This document shows positions 1 to 10,500 of a stretch of 64,000 bases of DNA, piece by piece. Origin of the DNA: Candidatus Gottesmanbacteria bacterium. Lineage in GTDB: Bacteria; Patescibacteriota; Microgenomatia; UBA10105; UBA927. The translations under genes and the position numbers were made by a program. Numbering within the stretch: position 1 is the first letter of the stretch; the number at the start of each line of letters is the position of its first letter. The stretch lies in contig OY969569.1 of NCBI GenBank assembly GCA_963701185.1, forward strand, positions 383,054 to 447,053. The letters run 5' to 3'. The notes below the pieces were generated by a model. That model saw only the letters and a list, made by a program, of their open reading frames with translations, did no database searches and was not told the DNA's origin.

Positions 1-1
1 T

Positions 2-73
2 CTCAAAGTCATCTTCGAAGTGGCGGAGGAATGGATCCGCTTCATCCGCACGAAAAAGGAAGAAATTGTATAG
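2..73 (+). CDS. 3' end of a CDS running in from the left edge (partial)
   Basis: Open frame LKVIFEVAEEWIRFIRTKKEEIV* ends at TAG 71-73; product cannot be identified. Confidence 0.4.
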   Translation, partial: LKVIFEVAEEWIRFIRTKKEEIV

Positions 74-80
74 TCAGCTT

Positions 81-112
81 TGAAGACTGTCTTTGTACAA
101 AGACAGTCTTCA
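81..112. repeat. 32-bp perfect palindrome (REP doublet/REPIN-like), downstream flank of the RAYT
   Basis: TGAAGACTGTCTTTGT|ACAAAGACAGTCTTCA; the last 3 nt are the transposase stop codon. Confidence 0.9.
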
Positions 113-754
113 TTCGTCAAAACGTAACTCTGCGGGTATATTACGTATAGAGTCAGTTGCTTCAACGAAATCCTTATACCGAACAAACGGCAGTTCTTTC
201 TGATGATTGGTAAAGTGGCTTAAAATAATTGCTGTGTTGAGCCAAATCGCATGTTTTTTTCCAAGATAATAACTGTAACTTGAATACGGATACAAAACTG
301 GGTCTGTGCATATTTCAGGAATGGGATTCCTATGAATATACCGAGAAAGATACAAAAAATACGATTCATTATCGATATGTATCGCCTTATATCGTCCCTG
401 AAACAAATGTCCTTGGCGGGTATATTTTTTATTAAAAAATTTCACATATCTTGTGATCACGCTTCGCATGAATGTTTCTATTCCGTTAAAGTCTTTCTGA
501 TGTACAAACAGATGAAAGTGGTTAGGCATCATAACAAAACAAAGCAAGTTTACATGGGTATACAAATTTTTCCTTTTTATGAGTATTTTTGTTGGGTCTT
601 CTTCAGGAGGCGGGGACAAACAGTCTTTAATAATTCGTAAGAATACCGAATAATCCATTTCATCTAAAAAGATGGGGCGCTTATCAACTCCTCTATTGTA
701 AATATGATAATACCCATCTGCCACATACTCTTTCAGTTCGTTTTTGGCAGGCAT
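110..754 (-). mobile_element. REP-associated tyrosine transposase (RAYT, Y1 HUH / IS200-like family)
   Basis: Motifs YYHIYNRG, MPNHFHL (HUH), GHLFQGRY, YIHRNP and YPYSSY; flanked on both sides by related palindromes. Confidence 0.88.
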
Positions 755-770
755 AAATCCTAGTGTAGTT

Positions 771-802
771 CAAAGACTGTCTTTACGTAAAGACAGTCTT
801 TG
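771..802. repeat. 32-bp perfect palindrome (REP doublet/REPIN-like), upstream flank of the RAYT
   Basis: CAAAGACTGTCTTTAC|GTAAAGACAGTCTTTG; GTAG at 765-768 just 5'. Confidence 0.9.
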
Positions 803-1339
803 TCATTTAGCGGATGTCAGAGGATCGAATTTCAAATTCTCAAAAAACTTCATCTGTGACGCATGCATCTTTTGGGCGCGGGGGCTTTCGTTCATTACCC
901 AAAGTGTAGATCTGAATTCTTCCGGCCTGCTGTCGCGGAGCAAAAGTCTATTCCGTTCCTGAACCTTTTTAAATTCCTCTGTTAATCTCCCCGTGTATCC
1001 CGGAGGCAACATGGATATCGTTAGACTCTCTGAAGACATTTCAGCCAGATGTGAGAACTTATCTTTCTCCCGCAGGTATACATCATATGAGTACCCGCTT
1101 CCGTCCGGTTTTCCGAACTGGCTTCCGATACCCACCTCAATATCAGGTCCGAATCTCTTTTTCAAGTATGCTTCAACGTTTTTCGGTACATAGGATTGTC
1201 TGTCGCGGACATCAGGACGACTAGAAGCGGGCAAGGGGTTTCTCATATTTTCTTCCTGATCCCATTCCAAAATAAGCCTGTTCCACTTCTGAAACTCAAC
1301 TTCCTGTGGTTTATCTTCCGGTACGGTATTTACATTCAT
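803..1339 (-). CDS. hypothetical protein
   Basis: 178-aa ORF, no recognisable motif; its stop abuts the palindrome. Confidence 0.6.
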   Translation of the reverse strand: MNVNTVPEDKPQEVEFQKWNRLILEWDQEENMRNPLPASSRPDVRDRQSYVPKNVEAYLKKRFGPDIEVGIGSQFGKPDGSGYSYDVYLREKDKFSHLAEMSSESLTISMLPPGYTGRLTEEFKKVQERNRLLLRDSRPEEFRSTLWVMNESPRAQKMHASQMKFFENLKFDPLTSAK

Positions 1340-1396
1340 AAGGTCAATATACTGTTCTTTTCAACATAAAGCAAATAACTATTTAACCTTGATTTG

Positions 1397-1469
1397 TGAG
1401 CGCGCAGAGAATCGAACTCTGAACCGACTCCTTAAGAGGGAGTTGCTCTACCAGTTGAGCTACGCGCCC
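1397..1469 (-). tRNA. tRNA-Lys(CTT)
   Basis: Reverse complement GGGCGCGTAGCTCAACTGGTAGAGC...ACTCC-CTCTTAA-GGAGT...GTTCGATTC; cloverleaf. Confidence 0.93.
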
Positions 1470-1473
1470 TGAG

Positions 1474-1545
1474 CGCCCTCGAGAGGAATCGAACCTCTAT
1501 GAGCAGTTCCGAAGACTGCTGCTTTATCCGTTAAGCTACGAGGGC
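1474..1545 (-). tRNA. tRNA-Arg(TCG)
   Basis: Reverse complement GCCCTCGTAGCTTAACGGATAAAGC...GCAGT-CTTCGGA-ACTGC...GGTTCGATTCC. Confidence 0.93.
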
Positions 1546-1600
1546 AACCTCATAATTATACCAGCAACACGCTGATAAATCGATTTGCTATACTGTAACG

Positions 1601-2902
1601 GTGGAAAGCAACCGGGAGTCTACAGTAAATTATATTGAAGGCGGATCACCCGAGATAACAGTCGGAGAAAATATCGGATGGGCGCAAAAAATTTTCAAGG
1701 CATTCCCGGCATTTAAAAGTAAAAAATTCCAGCTGTATTTCGGCGGACAGCTCATTTCCGTCATCGGGACATGGCTCCAAATTGTCGCCGAGGGGTGGCT
1801 CGTGTACCAGCTTACCCATTCCGCATTCTACGTCGGACTGGACGCCGCGGCCGCCACCATTCCCTCGCTCTTTTTATCATTACTGGGCGGCGTCATCGTG
1901 GATAGGTATCCCAAAAAACGTATCCTGATATTTACACAGTCCGCCTCAATGGTATTGGCGTTTACCCTCGGAATCCTTACGGTTTTACAGGTGATCACGG
2001 TATGGGAAATTATCACGCTTGCGTTTTTATTGGGCGTCGTCAACGCCATCGACGCGCCGGCAAGGCAAGCGATTATCACGGACCTTATCGACAACAAACA
2101 GTCGCTTGCATCCGCCATTGCACTCAATTCCGGCATCTTTAATGCCGCACGCGTCATCGGCCCGACCATTGCGGGACTCCTGATTGCGGCAGTCGGAGCA
2201 GGCACCGCCTTTATCCTCAATGGAGCAAGCTATATTGCCGTCATCATCGCGCTCTTCTATATCCGTCTGCCGGCAGCCGCACCGAACATTCATCTGGCTC
2301 CGATGAAGGCAATCCGGGAAGGTCTCAGCTATACCTATCACCACGATATCATCAGGACGCTTCTTATTCTTTCCGGCGTCGTCTCCATTTTCGGCTGGTC
2401 ATATTCTACCCTTCTGCCGGTTATGGCCACGGAAACGTTTCACCTGGGAGCCATGGGGTTGGGATACCTGTATGCCGCCGCCGGACTTGGAGCACTTTTG
2501 GGCACCATATGTATCTCCGCATTTTCGCGCAAACTGGGGGCGATATTCTTTATCATCGGGGGAAATATCACATTTTCCGTTTCCCTCATCCTGTTCACGT
2601 TTGTCTCCAATGTGCCCATTGCACTCATTCTTTTATTCCTCATCGGTGCGGGTCTGGTTTCCCAGTTTGCCATGACCACAACGGTCATCCAGCATCAGGT
2701 GACCGACGCTCTCCGGGGGCGAGTGATGAGCGTCTATACGCTCGTATTTTTGGGGTTGAGCCCTCTCGGGAATCTCGAAATCGGATTTGCGGCCGAACAT
2801 CTTGGAACAGAAATGGCAATCCGCGTGAGCGCCCTCATTATGCTTGGCTTTGCCGTTTATCTTTTAACCAATAAAAAAAATGTCGCACGGCTTCGCATAT
2901 GA
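1601..2902 (+). CDS. MFS transporter (MFS_3/EntS-like)
   Basis: About 12 TM segments, GGVIVDRYPKKR motif A, LRGRVMS. Confidence 0.88.
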   Translation: MESNRESTVNYIEGGSPEITVGENIGWAQKIFKAFPAFKSKKFQLYFGGQLISVIGTWLQIVAEGWLVYQLTHSAFYVGLDAAAATIPSLFLSLLGGVIVDRYPKKRILIFTQSASMVLAFTLGILTVLQVITVWEIITLAFLLGVVNAIDAPARQAIITDLIDNKQSLASAIALNSGIFNAARVIGPTIAGLLIAAVGAGTAFILNGASYIAVIIALFYIRLPAAAPNIHLAPMKAIREGLSYTYHHDIIRTLLILSGVVSIFGWSYSTLLPVMATETFHLGAMGLGYLYAAAGLGALLGTICISAFSRKLGAIFFIIGGNITFSVSLILFTFVSNVPIALILLFLIGAGLVSQFAMTTTVIQHQVTDALRGRVMSVYTLVFLGLSPLGNLEIGFAAEHLGTEMAIRVSALIMLGFAVYLLTNKKNVARLRI

Positions 2903-3174
2903 AGAGATGGCATGTCTATATCCTTCGCTGTGCTGATAATACACTCTATACCGGGGTGACGACAGATATTGAGCGCCGGATCCATGAACATAATATAAAA
3001 TCGTCAGGGGCAAAATATACGAAAGCGAAACGCCCGGTGACGCTTGTCTATTCTGAAGCGGTTCCAAACCGAAGTGCGGCGCTCAAACGCGAAGCGGCAA
3101 TAAAAAAACTATCAAAACGGGAGAAAGAAAACTTGACGCGACACCCGGGCTATGTAACTATAGAACCATGCTAA
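2899..3174 (+). CDS. GIY-YIG nuclease family protein (UPF0213/YhbQ-like)
   Basis: VYILRCADNTLYTGVTTD...RRIHEHN...GAKYT...ALKREAAIKKL. Confidence 0.9.
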   Translation: MKRWHVYILRCADNTLYTGVTTDIERRIHEHNIKSSGAKYTKAKRPVTLVYSEAVPNRSAALKREAAIKKLSKREKENLTRHPGYVTIEPC

Positions 3175-3764
3175 GGAAGACCCTATTGGCTTTATTGTGG
3201 TTTCCGCTCACATTCACTCTGCTTATCATAAACCTGACGATATTGGGAGCAACCTCCAACTGGGACCGTCCGACTCTTCCGCTCTCAAATGCCGCACCGA
3301 ATGAGAATAGCATCACGGCCGCAGGCGGCACATCGGAGGTTCTCTCGGCGACCGTTATCGCCGGCGACGCGCGGACGTTTCTCCTGGAATCATTTCTGAA
3401 AAGAAATAATTCTCCGATGACGCCCTACGCAGGTCTTATTGTGGAACAGGCAGATGCCTATAAGTTTGATTTCCGGCTGGTGCCTGCAATCGCCATGTGC
3501 GAATCGAATCTCGGGAAACGCGTACCGCTCAAATCCGGATTTAATCCCTTTGGTATTGCGGTGTATACGGGGAGCCAATCCGGCAAAAATTTTGACAGCT
3601 GGCAAACTGCTATTGAATGGGTGAGCAAGTATATTCACGACCGATATTACGTCCAGGGGATTACTGCACTTGCGGATATCGGGGCAATTTGGGCACCTCC
3701 GTCGGTTGCCGAGGGCGGTTCGTGGGCCGACTGCGTCGGATTCTTCATGAAAAAGCTCTATTGA
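3168..3764 (+). CDS. membrane-anchored lysozyme-like/glucosaminidase-like peptidoglycan hydrolase
   Basis: N-terminal TM; SPM...DFRLVPAIAMCESNLG...NPFG motif with putative catalytic Glu. Confidence 0.6.
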   Translation: MLRKTLLALLWFPLTFTLLIINLTILGATSNWDRPTLPLSNAAPNENSITAAGGTSEVLSATVIAGDARTFLLESFLKRNNSPMTPYAGLIVEQADAYKFDFRLVPAIAMCESNLGKRVPLKSGFNPFGIAVYTGSQSGKNFDSWQTAIEWVSKYIHDRYYVQGITALADIGAIWAPPSVAEGGSWADCVGFFMKKLY

Positions 3765-3780
3765 CAAATAGCCCATAGAC

Positions 3781-3809
3781 TTGACAACTACCCCTATTTA
3801 GGCTATACT
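3781..3809 (+). promoter_or_regulatory. sigma70-type promoter
   Basis: TTGACA-N17-TATACT. Confidence 0.7.
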
Positions 3810-3868
3810 GCCGCCTTAGATCCTAAAGTAAGCTCGTTAAACAGTTTGCTTTAGGATTTTTTGGTGGT

Positions 3869-4426
3869 ATGAAAAAAATATTAACGATCATCATGCTCCT
3901 TTTAGCCTTATCTGGCCTCTCAACGGCCAAAGTTTTTGCCACATCTGAGGCTGGTTCTACTGCAACGCTTGCCTATCATGTAGCCTCAGATACAACGAAT
4001 GACACGCGGGTTAGGCGCCTCCGAATGTTTTTGGAATCGTATGATTCGCCGCTTGCCGCTGACGCCGCAACATTCGTCGCTGAAGCTGATAAATATAACC
4101 TCGATTGGAAGCTCGTTGCCGCGATCGCAGGCGTGGAATCCACATTCGGCAAACAGATTCCGACCGGCTCATATAACAGCTGGGGCTGGGGTGTATTTAC
4201 CGGAGCGGCGGACGGCGTCCATTTTAAAGACTGGGCGCAGGGTATCGCTGTGGTTTCCGAAGGGCTGCGCAAAAACTACATAGACCGCGGTGCCCGGGAC
4301 ATCTATGACATGGGCTGGATTTATGCCGCCAACGGTGATTCGTGGGCTTCGCATGTCCGCTACTTTATCGATAAACTGGAAACGTTTCAGCCCACCGAGG
4401 TTGCCCAACTACCGGTCTCCATCTAA
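3869..4426 (+). CDS. secreted lysozyme-like/glucosaminidase-like protein, paralog of 3168-3764
   Basis: Signal peptide; SPL...DWKLVAAIAGVESTFG...NSWGWG. Confidence 0.6.
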   Translation: MKKILTIIMLLLALSGLSTAKVFATSEAGSTATLAYHVASDTTNDTRVRRLRMFLESYDSPLAADAATFVAEADKYNLDWKLVAAIAGVESTFGKQIPTGSYNSWGWGVFTGAADGVHFKDWAQGIAVVSEGLRKNYIDRGARDIYDMGWIYAANGDSWASHVRYFIDKLETFQPTEVAQLPVSI

Positions 4427-4446
4427 GCGGGGTATAATATCACTAT

Positions 4447-4527
4447 GCCGCAGTGGTGGAATGGTATACACGTACGCTTTAGGAGCGTATGCCGAAAGGC
4501 TTAGGGGTTCAACTCCTCTCTGCGGCA
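4447..4527 (+). tRNA. tRNA-Leu(TAG)
   Basis: GCCGCAGTGGTGGAATGGTATACACG TACGC-TTTAGGA-GCGTA, long variable arm, GGTTCAACTCC, TGCGGCA. Confidence 0.93.
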
Positions 4528-4558
4528 CAGTAAAAATTATCTATTGATAAGGAGTATT

Positions 4559-5032
4559 ATGAGATATCTTGAAAGTCAATTACCTAGACGGGGTGAACCT
4601 TATACTAATCGCACAGAACCAAAAGAATATTTTGATTATCAGGATGAAATCAAAAGATTAGCCAATAATATAAGTCGTGAAACGGCTAATCATATTTTTC
4701 ATTTGATCCACAGCGCAGAACAATCTTACCAACCTGCGACGGGAAAAAGAGCTGAACTATTGGAGGATCACCGAGATGATGTGGCGGATATTTTTTTCAG
4801 TTCGACCCAATACGCAGAATATTTTTATCAACACGCGATGGGAAATTGCATCGAACAATTAAATAACCCCCGGTATGTAGAAAGGACCCTGAGAAATTTA
4901 TACCCTGTTTTATTAAGAGAATTTCCGTCGTTACGGTCGATCTTTCGAGAGTCGATTACAAAATTGCCACATGGAGAAGAGGTGATTATGGCGATACAAG
5001 GATTGGATGATTTTAAAGATCTTTTCAAGTAA
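4559..5032 (+). CDS. hypothetical protein (island cargo)
   Basis: ORF with GGAG RBS before ATG 4559; no motif recognised. Confidence 0.55.
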   Translation: MRYLESQLPRRGEPYTNRTEPKEYFDYQDEIKRLANNISRETANHIFHLIHSAEQSYQPATGKRAELLEDHRDDVADIFFSSTQYAEYFYQHAMGNCIEQLNNPRYVERTLRNLYPVLLREFPSLRSIFRESITKLPHGEEVIMAIQGLDDFKDLFK

Positions 5033-5161
5033 ATCCATTTTCAATCCATATTGACAACATATATTCGTGTTAATTATAGTTGTGAGCTAATTGATATTTT
5101 GTGTTGGTAAAACACTTGTTTTCCATTGATTAATCCACATAATCGTGTCGTAATTTAGGAT

Positions 5162-5547
5162 ATGAAGCAAAATATCCCTAAAAAGCGACGTATTTGTGTG
5201 GACTGTAATAGTAAATTAATTAAGTGGGGGGAAACCGGTAAAGGTCGGATTCAATACCGTTGTCCGTTGTGTTTAAAAACAAAATCTTCAACCCCTCGAA
5301 CACATCGGCCACCAACCTATCTCGTCACTCAACCTACTCGGGGAATTATCTCGATTTGTGGTTTCAAGATCAGCTGTTTCAAACTCCACCACACTTTTCA
5401 CTTCCCATTCCTCATCGAGAAGAACAATACGTTTTACTCGACGGTCTTTGGTTTGGGGATAATCTCAATCTTCTTGCTTACAGACTTCATCATTGGCCAT
5501 TTATCATTCATCACTCTTTTGGGAAAAGAAAGACGACCGCTCGTAGA
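5162..5547 (+). pseudogene. degraded transposase: N-terminal Zn ribbon plus frameshifted DDE-like segment
   Basis: CVDC...IKWG...YRCPLC (IS1 InsA-like) in one frame, YVLLDGLWFG in another; truncated at the att repeat. Confidence 0.55.
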
Positions 5548-5626
5548 GGTTCAACTCCTCTCTGCGGCACAACATAACACCTTTTGATCTCTTGAATCTT
5601 CATCAAAATCCGCATATTCTTATACT

Positions 5627-5881
5627 ATGTTAACCACCCGTGATCTTTCGCAAATACAAAAAATTGTCCAGCTTGAATCAAAAAAATCGATCCAATCTGA
5701 AACGCCGGGTATCGTCAAAAAAATTGTACAGGAGGAACTGAAACCAATTAAAAAGGATATCCTGGCAATAAAGAAAGATATAAATCTCATTGTCAAAACA
5801 TTCGATCGTGATTATGTCGCGCTTCGCAAAAAAGTCGAACGCCTAGAAACTCAGCCCTTTCCGTTATTTACGCACGCCTGA
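5627..5881 (+). CDS. small coiled-coil hypothetical protein
   Basis: 84 aa, heptad-rich ELKPIKKDI...KVERLE. Confidence 0.6.
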   Translation: MLTTRDLSQIQKIVQLESKKSIQSETPGIVKKIVQEELKPIKKDILAIKKDINLIVKTFDRDYVALRKKVERLETQPFPLFTHA

Positions 5882-5902
5882 TTTCATGATACAATTCTTC
5901 CC

Positions 5903-6724
5903 ATGACTTCAACAATAAATCGGGAAACGGACGGGTCTATAGCGATTACCATTACCATCCCCTGGGCGGATGTGGCCAAAACATACGAGAAGGTCGTTGC
6001 CGATATGGTCAATCATGCGGAGCTTCCGGGCTTCCGCATCGGCAAAGCCCCCCGCGAACTGGTCGAAAAAAATATCGACAAAACAAAAGTCTATGAAGAG
6101 GCATTAAAAACTTTAATCCCGGATTCCTACAATGCCGCAGTAACGGAACAAAAAGTCAAACCGATCGTCAGCCCAAAAATTGAACTCAAGGATGCCACCG
6201 AAAACAAAGACTGGGTATTTATTGCCCACACCTGCGAAAAACCGAATATCGCGATAGGGGAGTATAAAACGGCCATCCAGGGCACCAAAACAAAAATATT
6301 AAAACCCGGCGAAGAACCAAAAAAACCCACACTCGATGAACTTCTTGCCGCTTTATATCATAATGTAACTGTCACACTCCCGTCACTTCTTATCGAACAC
6401 GAAGTAAACCGTCTGCTATCGGAACTTATCGACCAGACCAAAAAACTCGGGCTGACCGTCGAGCAATATCTGGCGTCGACTGCACGCACCAGCGAAACAA
6501 TCAAGAAAGAATATGAAGAGCAGGCAAAACGGACGCTCACATTGGAATTTGCACTTGAGGAAATCGCCGATGCCGAGGGCATTCTTGTATCTGACGATGA
6601 TATCGATGCCGTCATTAAAACCGGCAAAACCGATGAAGAAAAGAAGACACTGGAAAATCAACGCTACTATTTGGCATCGGTCCTGCGCCGCCAGAAAACC
6701 CTTGACTTTCTCGCTTCAATATAA
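5903..6724 (+). CDS. tig: trigger factor (short form, no FKBP PPIase domain)
   Basis: LPGFRIGKAP ribosome-binding motif and C-terminal domain; only 273 aa. Confidence 0.85.
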   Translation: MTSTINRETDGSIAITITIPWADVAKTYEKVVADMVNHAELPGFRIGKAPRELVEKNIDKTKVYEEALKTLIPDSYNAAVTEQKVKPIVSPKIELKDATENKDWVFIAHTCEKPNIAIGEYKTAIQGTKTKILKPGEEPKKPTLDELLAALYHNVTVTLPSLLIEHEVNRLLSELIDQTKKLGLTVEQYLASTARTSETIKKEYEEQAKRTLTLEFALEEIADAEGILVSDDDIDAVIKTGKTDEEKKTLENQRYYLASVLRRQKTLDFLASI

Positions 6725-6772
6725 TATTACGGGAGTGTTGTACTTCTGCTTGTCCTGTAGTATAATTTCGTC

Positions 6773-7381
6773 ATGAACAATACGGCGTTCCAACAGATCA
6801 AACAGCCAAAACGGCCAGCATCCTACACGAATGACAGCATTCTTGAGGCCCTCCGCGATCTTAGCGGCGGCGTGGGAAAAACCGTCACACGGGATGTTGC
6901 CGGCAAAGTTGCCACCGATGCACTTGCGTCGCTTTTCGGGTCACCCATCAAACAGGGAGAAATGCATCAAAATGAAAGCATCGATTTTCCGGTTGAACGC
7001 CAACCACGTCCCCAGATGCGCCGTCCGGAAGTCCGGCCGACGGAAAAAGTACTCTTTCATGAAGATCCGCAGGTGAAACAACAGATCGAAGCGGTCCGCG
7101 CGGAACTGGCAGCACTGTCCAAATCCATCAAAATGCTCACGTCCGATATCCAAAAAGCTGTCGCGGAAGTACCGGTTGCGCCGGGAGTGTATCACGTGAC
7201 GTTTTACGAAAAACTGCGCGTGGTACTGCAATTGCTTCGCGAACAAATTGACGACAGCAGAAGCTGGCTTACCATGCACACCTCACGTAAAAAGAAAATG
7301 GGGTATTGGGGTATGTTCAAAAAGCACGGAACAACCTTTGGCCTCTCCAACGAACGCTCGATTGCCACCAGCGCCGGATAA
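6773..7381 (+). CDS. conserved CPR hypothetical protein (DUF5660-like)
   Basis: C-terminal GVYH..FYEKL...YWGMFKKHGTTFGLSNER; family recalled, not searched. Confidence 0.55.
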   Translation: MNNTAFQQIKQPKRPASYTNDSILEALRDLSGGVGKTVTRDVAGKVATDALASLFGSPIKQGEMHQNESIDFPVERQPRPQMRRPEVRPTEKVLFHEDPQVKQQIEAVRAELAALSKSIKMLTSDIQKAVAEVPVAPGVYHVTFYEKLRVVLQLLREQIDDSRSWLTMHTSRKKKMGYWGMFKKHGTTFGLSNERSIATSAG

Positions 7382-7389
7382 ATTTCTTG

Positions 7390-7463
7390 TGGACCTGAGA
7401 GGATTCGAACCTCTGACCTTTGCAATGTGAATGCAACGCTCTAACCAACTGAGCTACAAGTCC
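7390..7463 (-). tRNA. tRNA-Val(CAC)
   Basis: Reverse complement GGACTTGTAGCTCAGTTGGTTAGAGCG TTGCA-TTCACAT-TGCAA...GGTTCGAATCC. Confidence 0.93.
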
Positions 7464-7486
7464 ATCCTCATTATTATACAATAGCA

Positions 7487-7516
7487 TTGACGGGGCTTGC
7501 TATAGGGTGTTATAAT
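7487..7516 (+). promoter_or_regulatory. sigma70-type promoter of the surface-protein locus
   Basis: TTGACG-N18-TATAAT, 10 nt before ATG 7527. Confidence 0.55.
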
Positions 7517-7526
7517 CTGGCAAATC

Positions 7527-10500
7527 ATGAAATTATTGGGCCGACGGCTCTATAAACTTTTCTCCGTTATCAGCGGCCTCTCACTCGTTTTTAATTCACT
7601 GCTTCCCGCATCACTTTTATCCGTAATTATTGCGCCTCCGGCGTATGCACTGGAAGCACCAACCGGCGCGACGGGGGCAATAGACGCAACCGGAGCGACC
7701 GGCATAACTGCAGATACCGGTGTTTCCGGACCCAGCGGCGCAACCGGAGATGTTGGCCCGACCGGCGCGTCAGCGGAAATCGGCCCCAGCGCTACGACCG
7801 GAACATCCGGATCGACGGGAGCCACCGGATCAACCGGAGAAATTTTAGACGGTATTTCCACCGAGTCAGCGCAAATGACGCCCCCGACAGAAACCATAAC
7901 TGCAACGGTTACTACCCCTGAAAACACGCCTGCCTCTGAAGTTTCCCCGACCGTCAATGAAACCGGTCCACCGGAACAAACAGCAACGCCCACACCGACG
8001 TCCACTCCGACACCCGCTCCTGAACAACCAGAAACCGGAACTGTAAGCGTCATCACGAACCCATCCAGCCAACAGCAACTTGATTTATCAACGTATGACC
8101 CGACAAGCGGGACCCTCAAAAATGATTTTGCTCCCACCGATACGGTTCTTATTATCGGAACCGGATTTAAAGCAAATCATACGTATACTGTAACAATCAG
8201 TTCGAGCGACCCGCCTGCAATTACCAACCAAACAGAGTTTACCGTTACCACCGATAACGACGGCGTCTTTAAACAAGACTATACGCTCGACGGGAACTAC
8301 CGGCCGAATTATACAGTCGTTGTCACCAACCAAGGCGGCCACCTTATCGCAACCACAACGTTTACAGATACACAACCAGCATCGGGAGATTTACAACAAT
8401 GTCGCAATGGTTCTGCAACCTCTCCAAACAATTGTCTTGATTTGGGTAGCGGGCAAGGATGGGTTAGCGGTAATGCAGGAGGATCAAACTCTCATTACGT
8501 TGAGGGATTTTCAATACCATATCGAGAAATTTTGACAAATCTTCCGACTGGAACTTCTATTACTCTCACGCTTGGGTATGACATCACACACAGTAGCAAA
8601 CACGCAATTGACTTCCTTACCCATTACAATAGGTTACAACCACACTCTCCTTTTGGTCACGCAGCAGAGACCATTACTCCTACCGATGGTGTAAGCGGCC
8701 TTTCCGCTACAGTTTCAACATACCCGATTCCGGCACCAAGTTCCATCGGTTCGCCTTCCACCGACCAACCCACTAGTAGTTTTAATTCTTTACCGAGCGG
8801 CGAACGAGTAATGACTCTTTTTGGAGGAACCATCAACAATGTTGTCTATGTTTCTCAAGGGAATTTAACTGATGCGCAAGCTGAAACGCAAATTGCTATT
8901 ACCTTCACAGCAGATAACTCAACTGCTGTGCTTGCTTGGGGTGGTCACATAGCACGCGAAATTGACTGGGGCTTAAATAATTCTGCCGGTGGCATCTCAG
9001 GATCCCCGTATCACATGCGTCAAATAGGTTGGACATTAAATAATTTAGGAAACACCGATAGATCTCTCTCTGCTGATGCTGTTGAACCTCCGAGCTCTAT
9101 AACAATTATTAAGGACGCACAACCAGATAGCGCTCAGGATTTTAGTTTCACAACTGTAGGAAACGGTCTTTCCAACTTTACACTGGATGATGATGGGGGA
9201 TCAGATAGTACGTATTCGAATACAACAACATTTAATAGTCTTCTTGCTGGAACATATACAGTAACGGAAACAACCGTTTCAGGGTGGTCATTAGCTTCAA
9301 AAACGTGTATTTCAGACGGAACGGGAAGTACCAGTTCACAAATTACGAACGGTGTTTCTGTTGTTCTTGTTGCAGGAGAAAATGTTACCTGTACATTCAC
9401 AAATTCCTTACAGTCAGCACACCTGACTCTGGTAAAAACAATTACCAACGACAACGGCGGAACGGCTGCTGCCACTGACTGGACGCTTTCTGCAAGCGGC
9501 TCGACACCAATTTCAGGCACTACAGGAAGTGGCGCCGTTACTAACGCGGAAGTTAATGGTGGAACATATACGCTTTCTGAATCTGGCCCAACAGGTTACA
9601 CAGCCGGTAGTTGGAGTTGTACAGGCGGAAGTCAAAATGGAAACCAAATTACGCTCGCAGCAGGAGAATCAGCAACTTGTACAATTAATAATAATGACAA
9701 CGCTCCTCAATTACATCTTCGTAAAACCATAACAACAGATAACGGAGGAACCGATCTTGCAACCGACTGGACACTTTCCGCAACCGGGGCACTTGGAAGT
9801 CCAACGAATTTGTCTGGATCGACGCCCGTAGATAGCACAACAGGTTTCAAAGCCGACACGTATTCGTTAGCGGAAACAGGAGGTCCAACAGGATATAATG
9901 CCGGCGCTTGGGATTGTGGTGCCGCCACCATGCCGGATGCGACTCATGTTACCGTTCCTCTTGGCGGAAACGTTACCTGTACCATTAACAATAACGACAA
10001 CGCGCCCGCATTACATCTGCGAAAAGTTGTCGTGAACAACAACGGGGGAACAGCTGTTGCAGCCAACTGGACATTGTCATCCTTCGGTCTGACTCCGCTT
10101 TCCGGAACAACTCCTGTCGACAGCGATGCTACATTTAAACAGGGTACCTACACATTGTCTGAAACCGGCCCATCAGGTTATACAGCATCGGCATGGGATT
10201 GTGTCGGCGGAACACAAAGCGGAAGCAATATCACGGTTGGGTTAGGGCAATCCGCAACCTGTACGATTACTAACACTGACATCGCCCCCACTTTAAAACT
10301 CGTTAAGGTGGTAACGAATGATAACGGCGGGAATAAAACACCGGCCAATTGGACATTGACCGCAACGGGAACGGGCGGATTTAGCGATACCGGCGATTCA
10401 ACGACATTCCATACGGTAAAAGCCAACGTAGCATATGCACTATCTGAATCCACGGTTATCGGATATGACGCAGGGACTTTTTCCTGTGACGGCGGAACGC

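Larger units (their letters stand above)
4506..5571. mobile_element. about 1-kb island remnant at the tRNA-Leu 3' end, bounded by 24-bp direct repeats (attL/attR-like)
   Basis: GGTTCAACTCCTCTCTGCGGCACA at 4506-4529 and 5548-5571; AT-rich interior. Confidence 0.8.

Noticed and set aside
2899-3174. GIY-YIG gene as a homing endonuclease or mobile element
   Set aside because: It is the stand-alone UPF0213 size, with no intron or flanking repeats.
5903-6724. Short trigger factor and short PheT as pseudogenes
   Set aside because: Frames are intact with clean domain loss, consistent with streamlined genomes.
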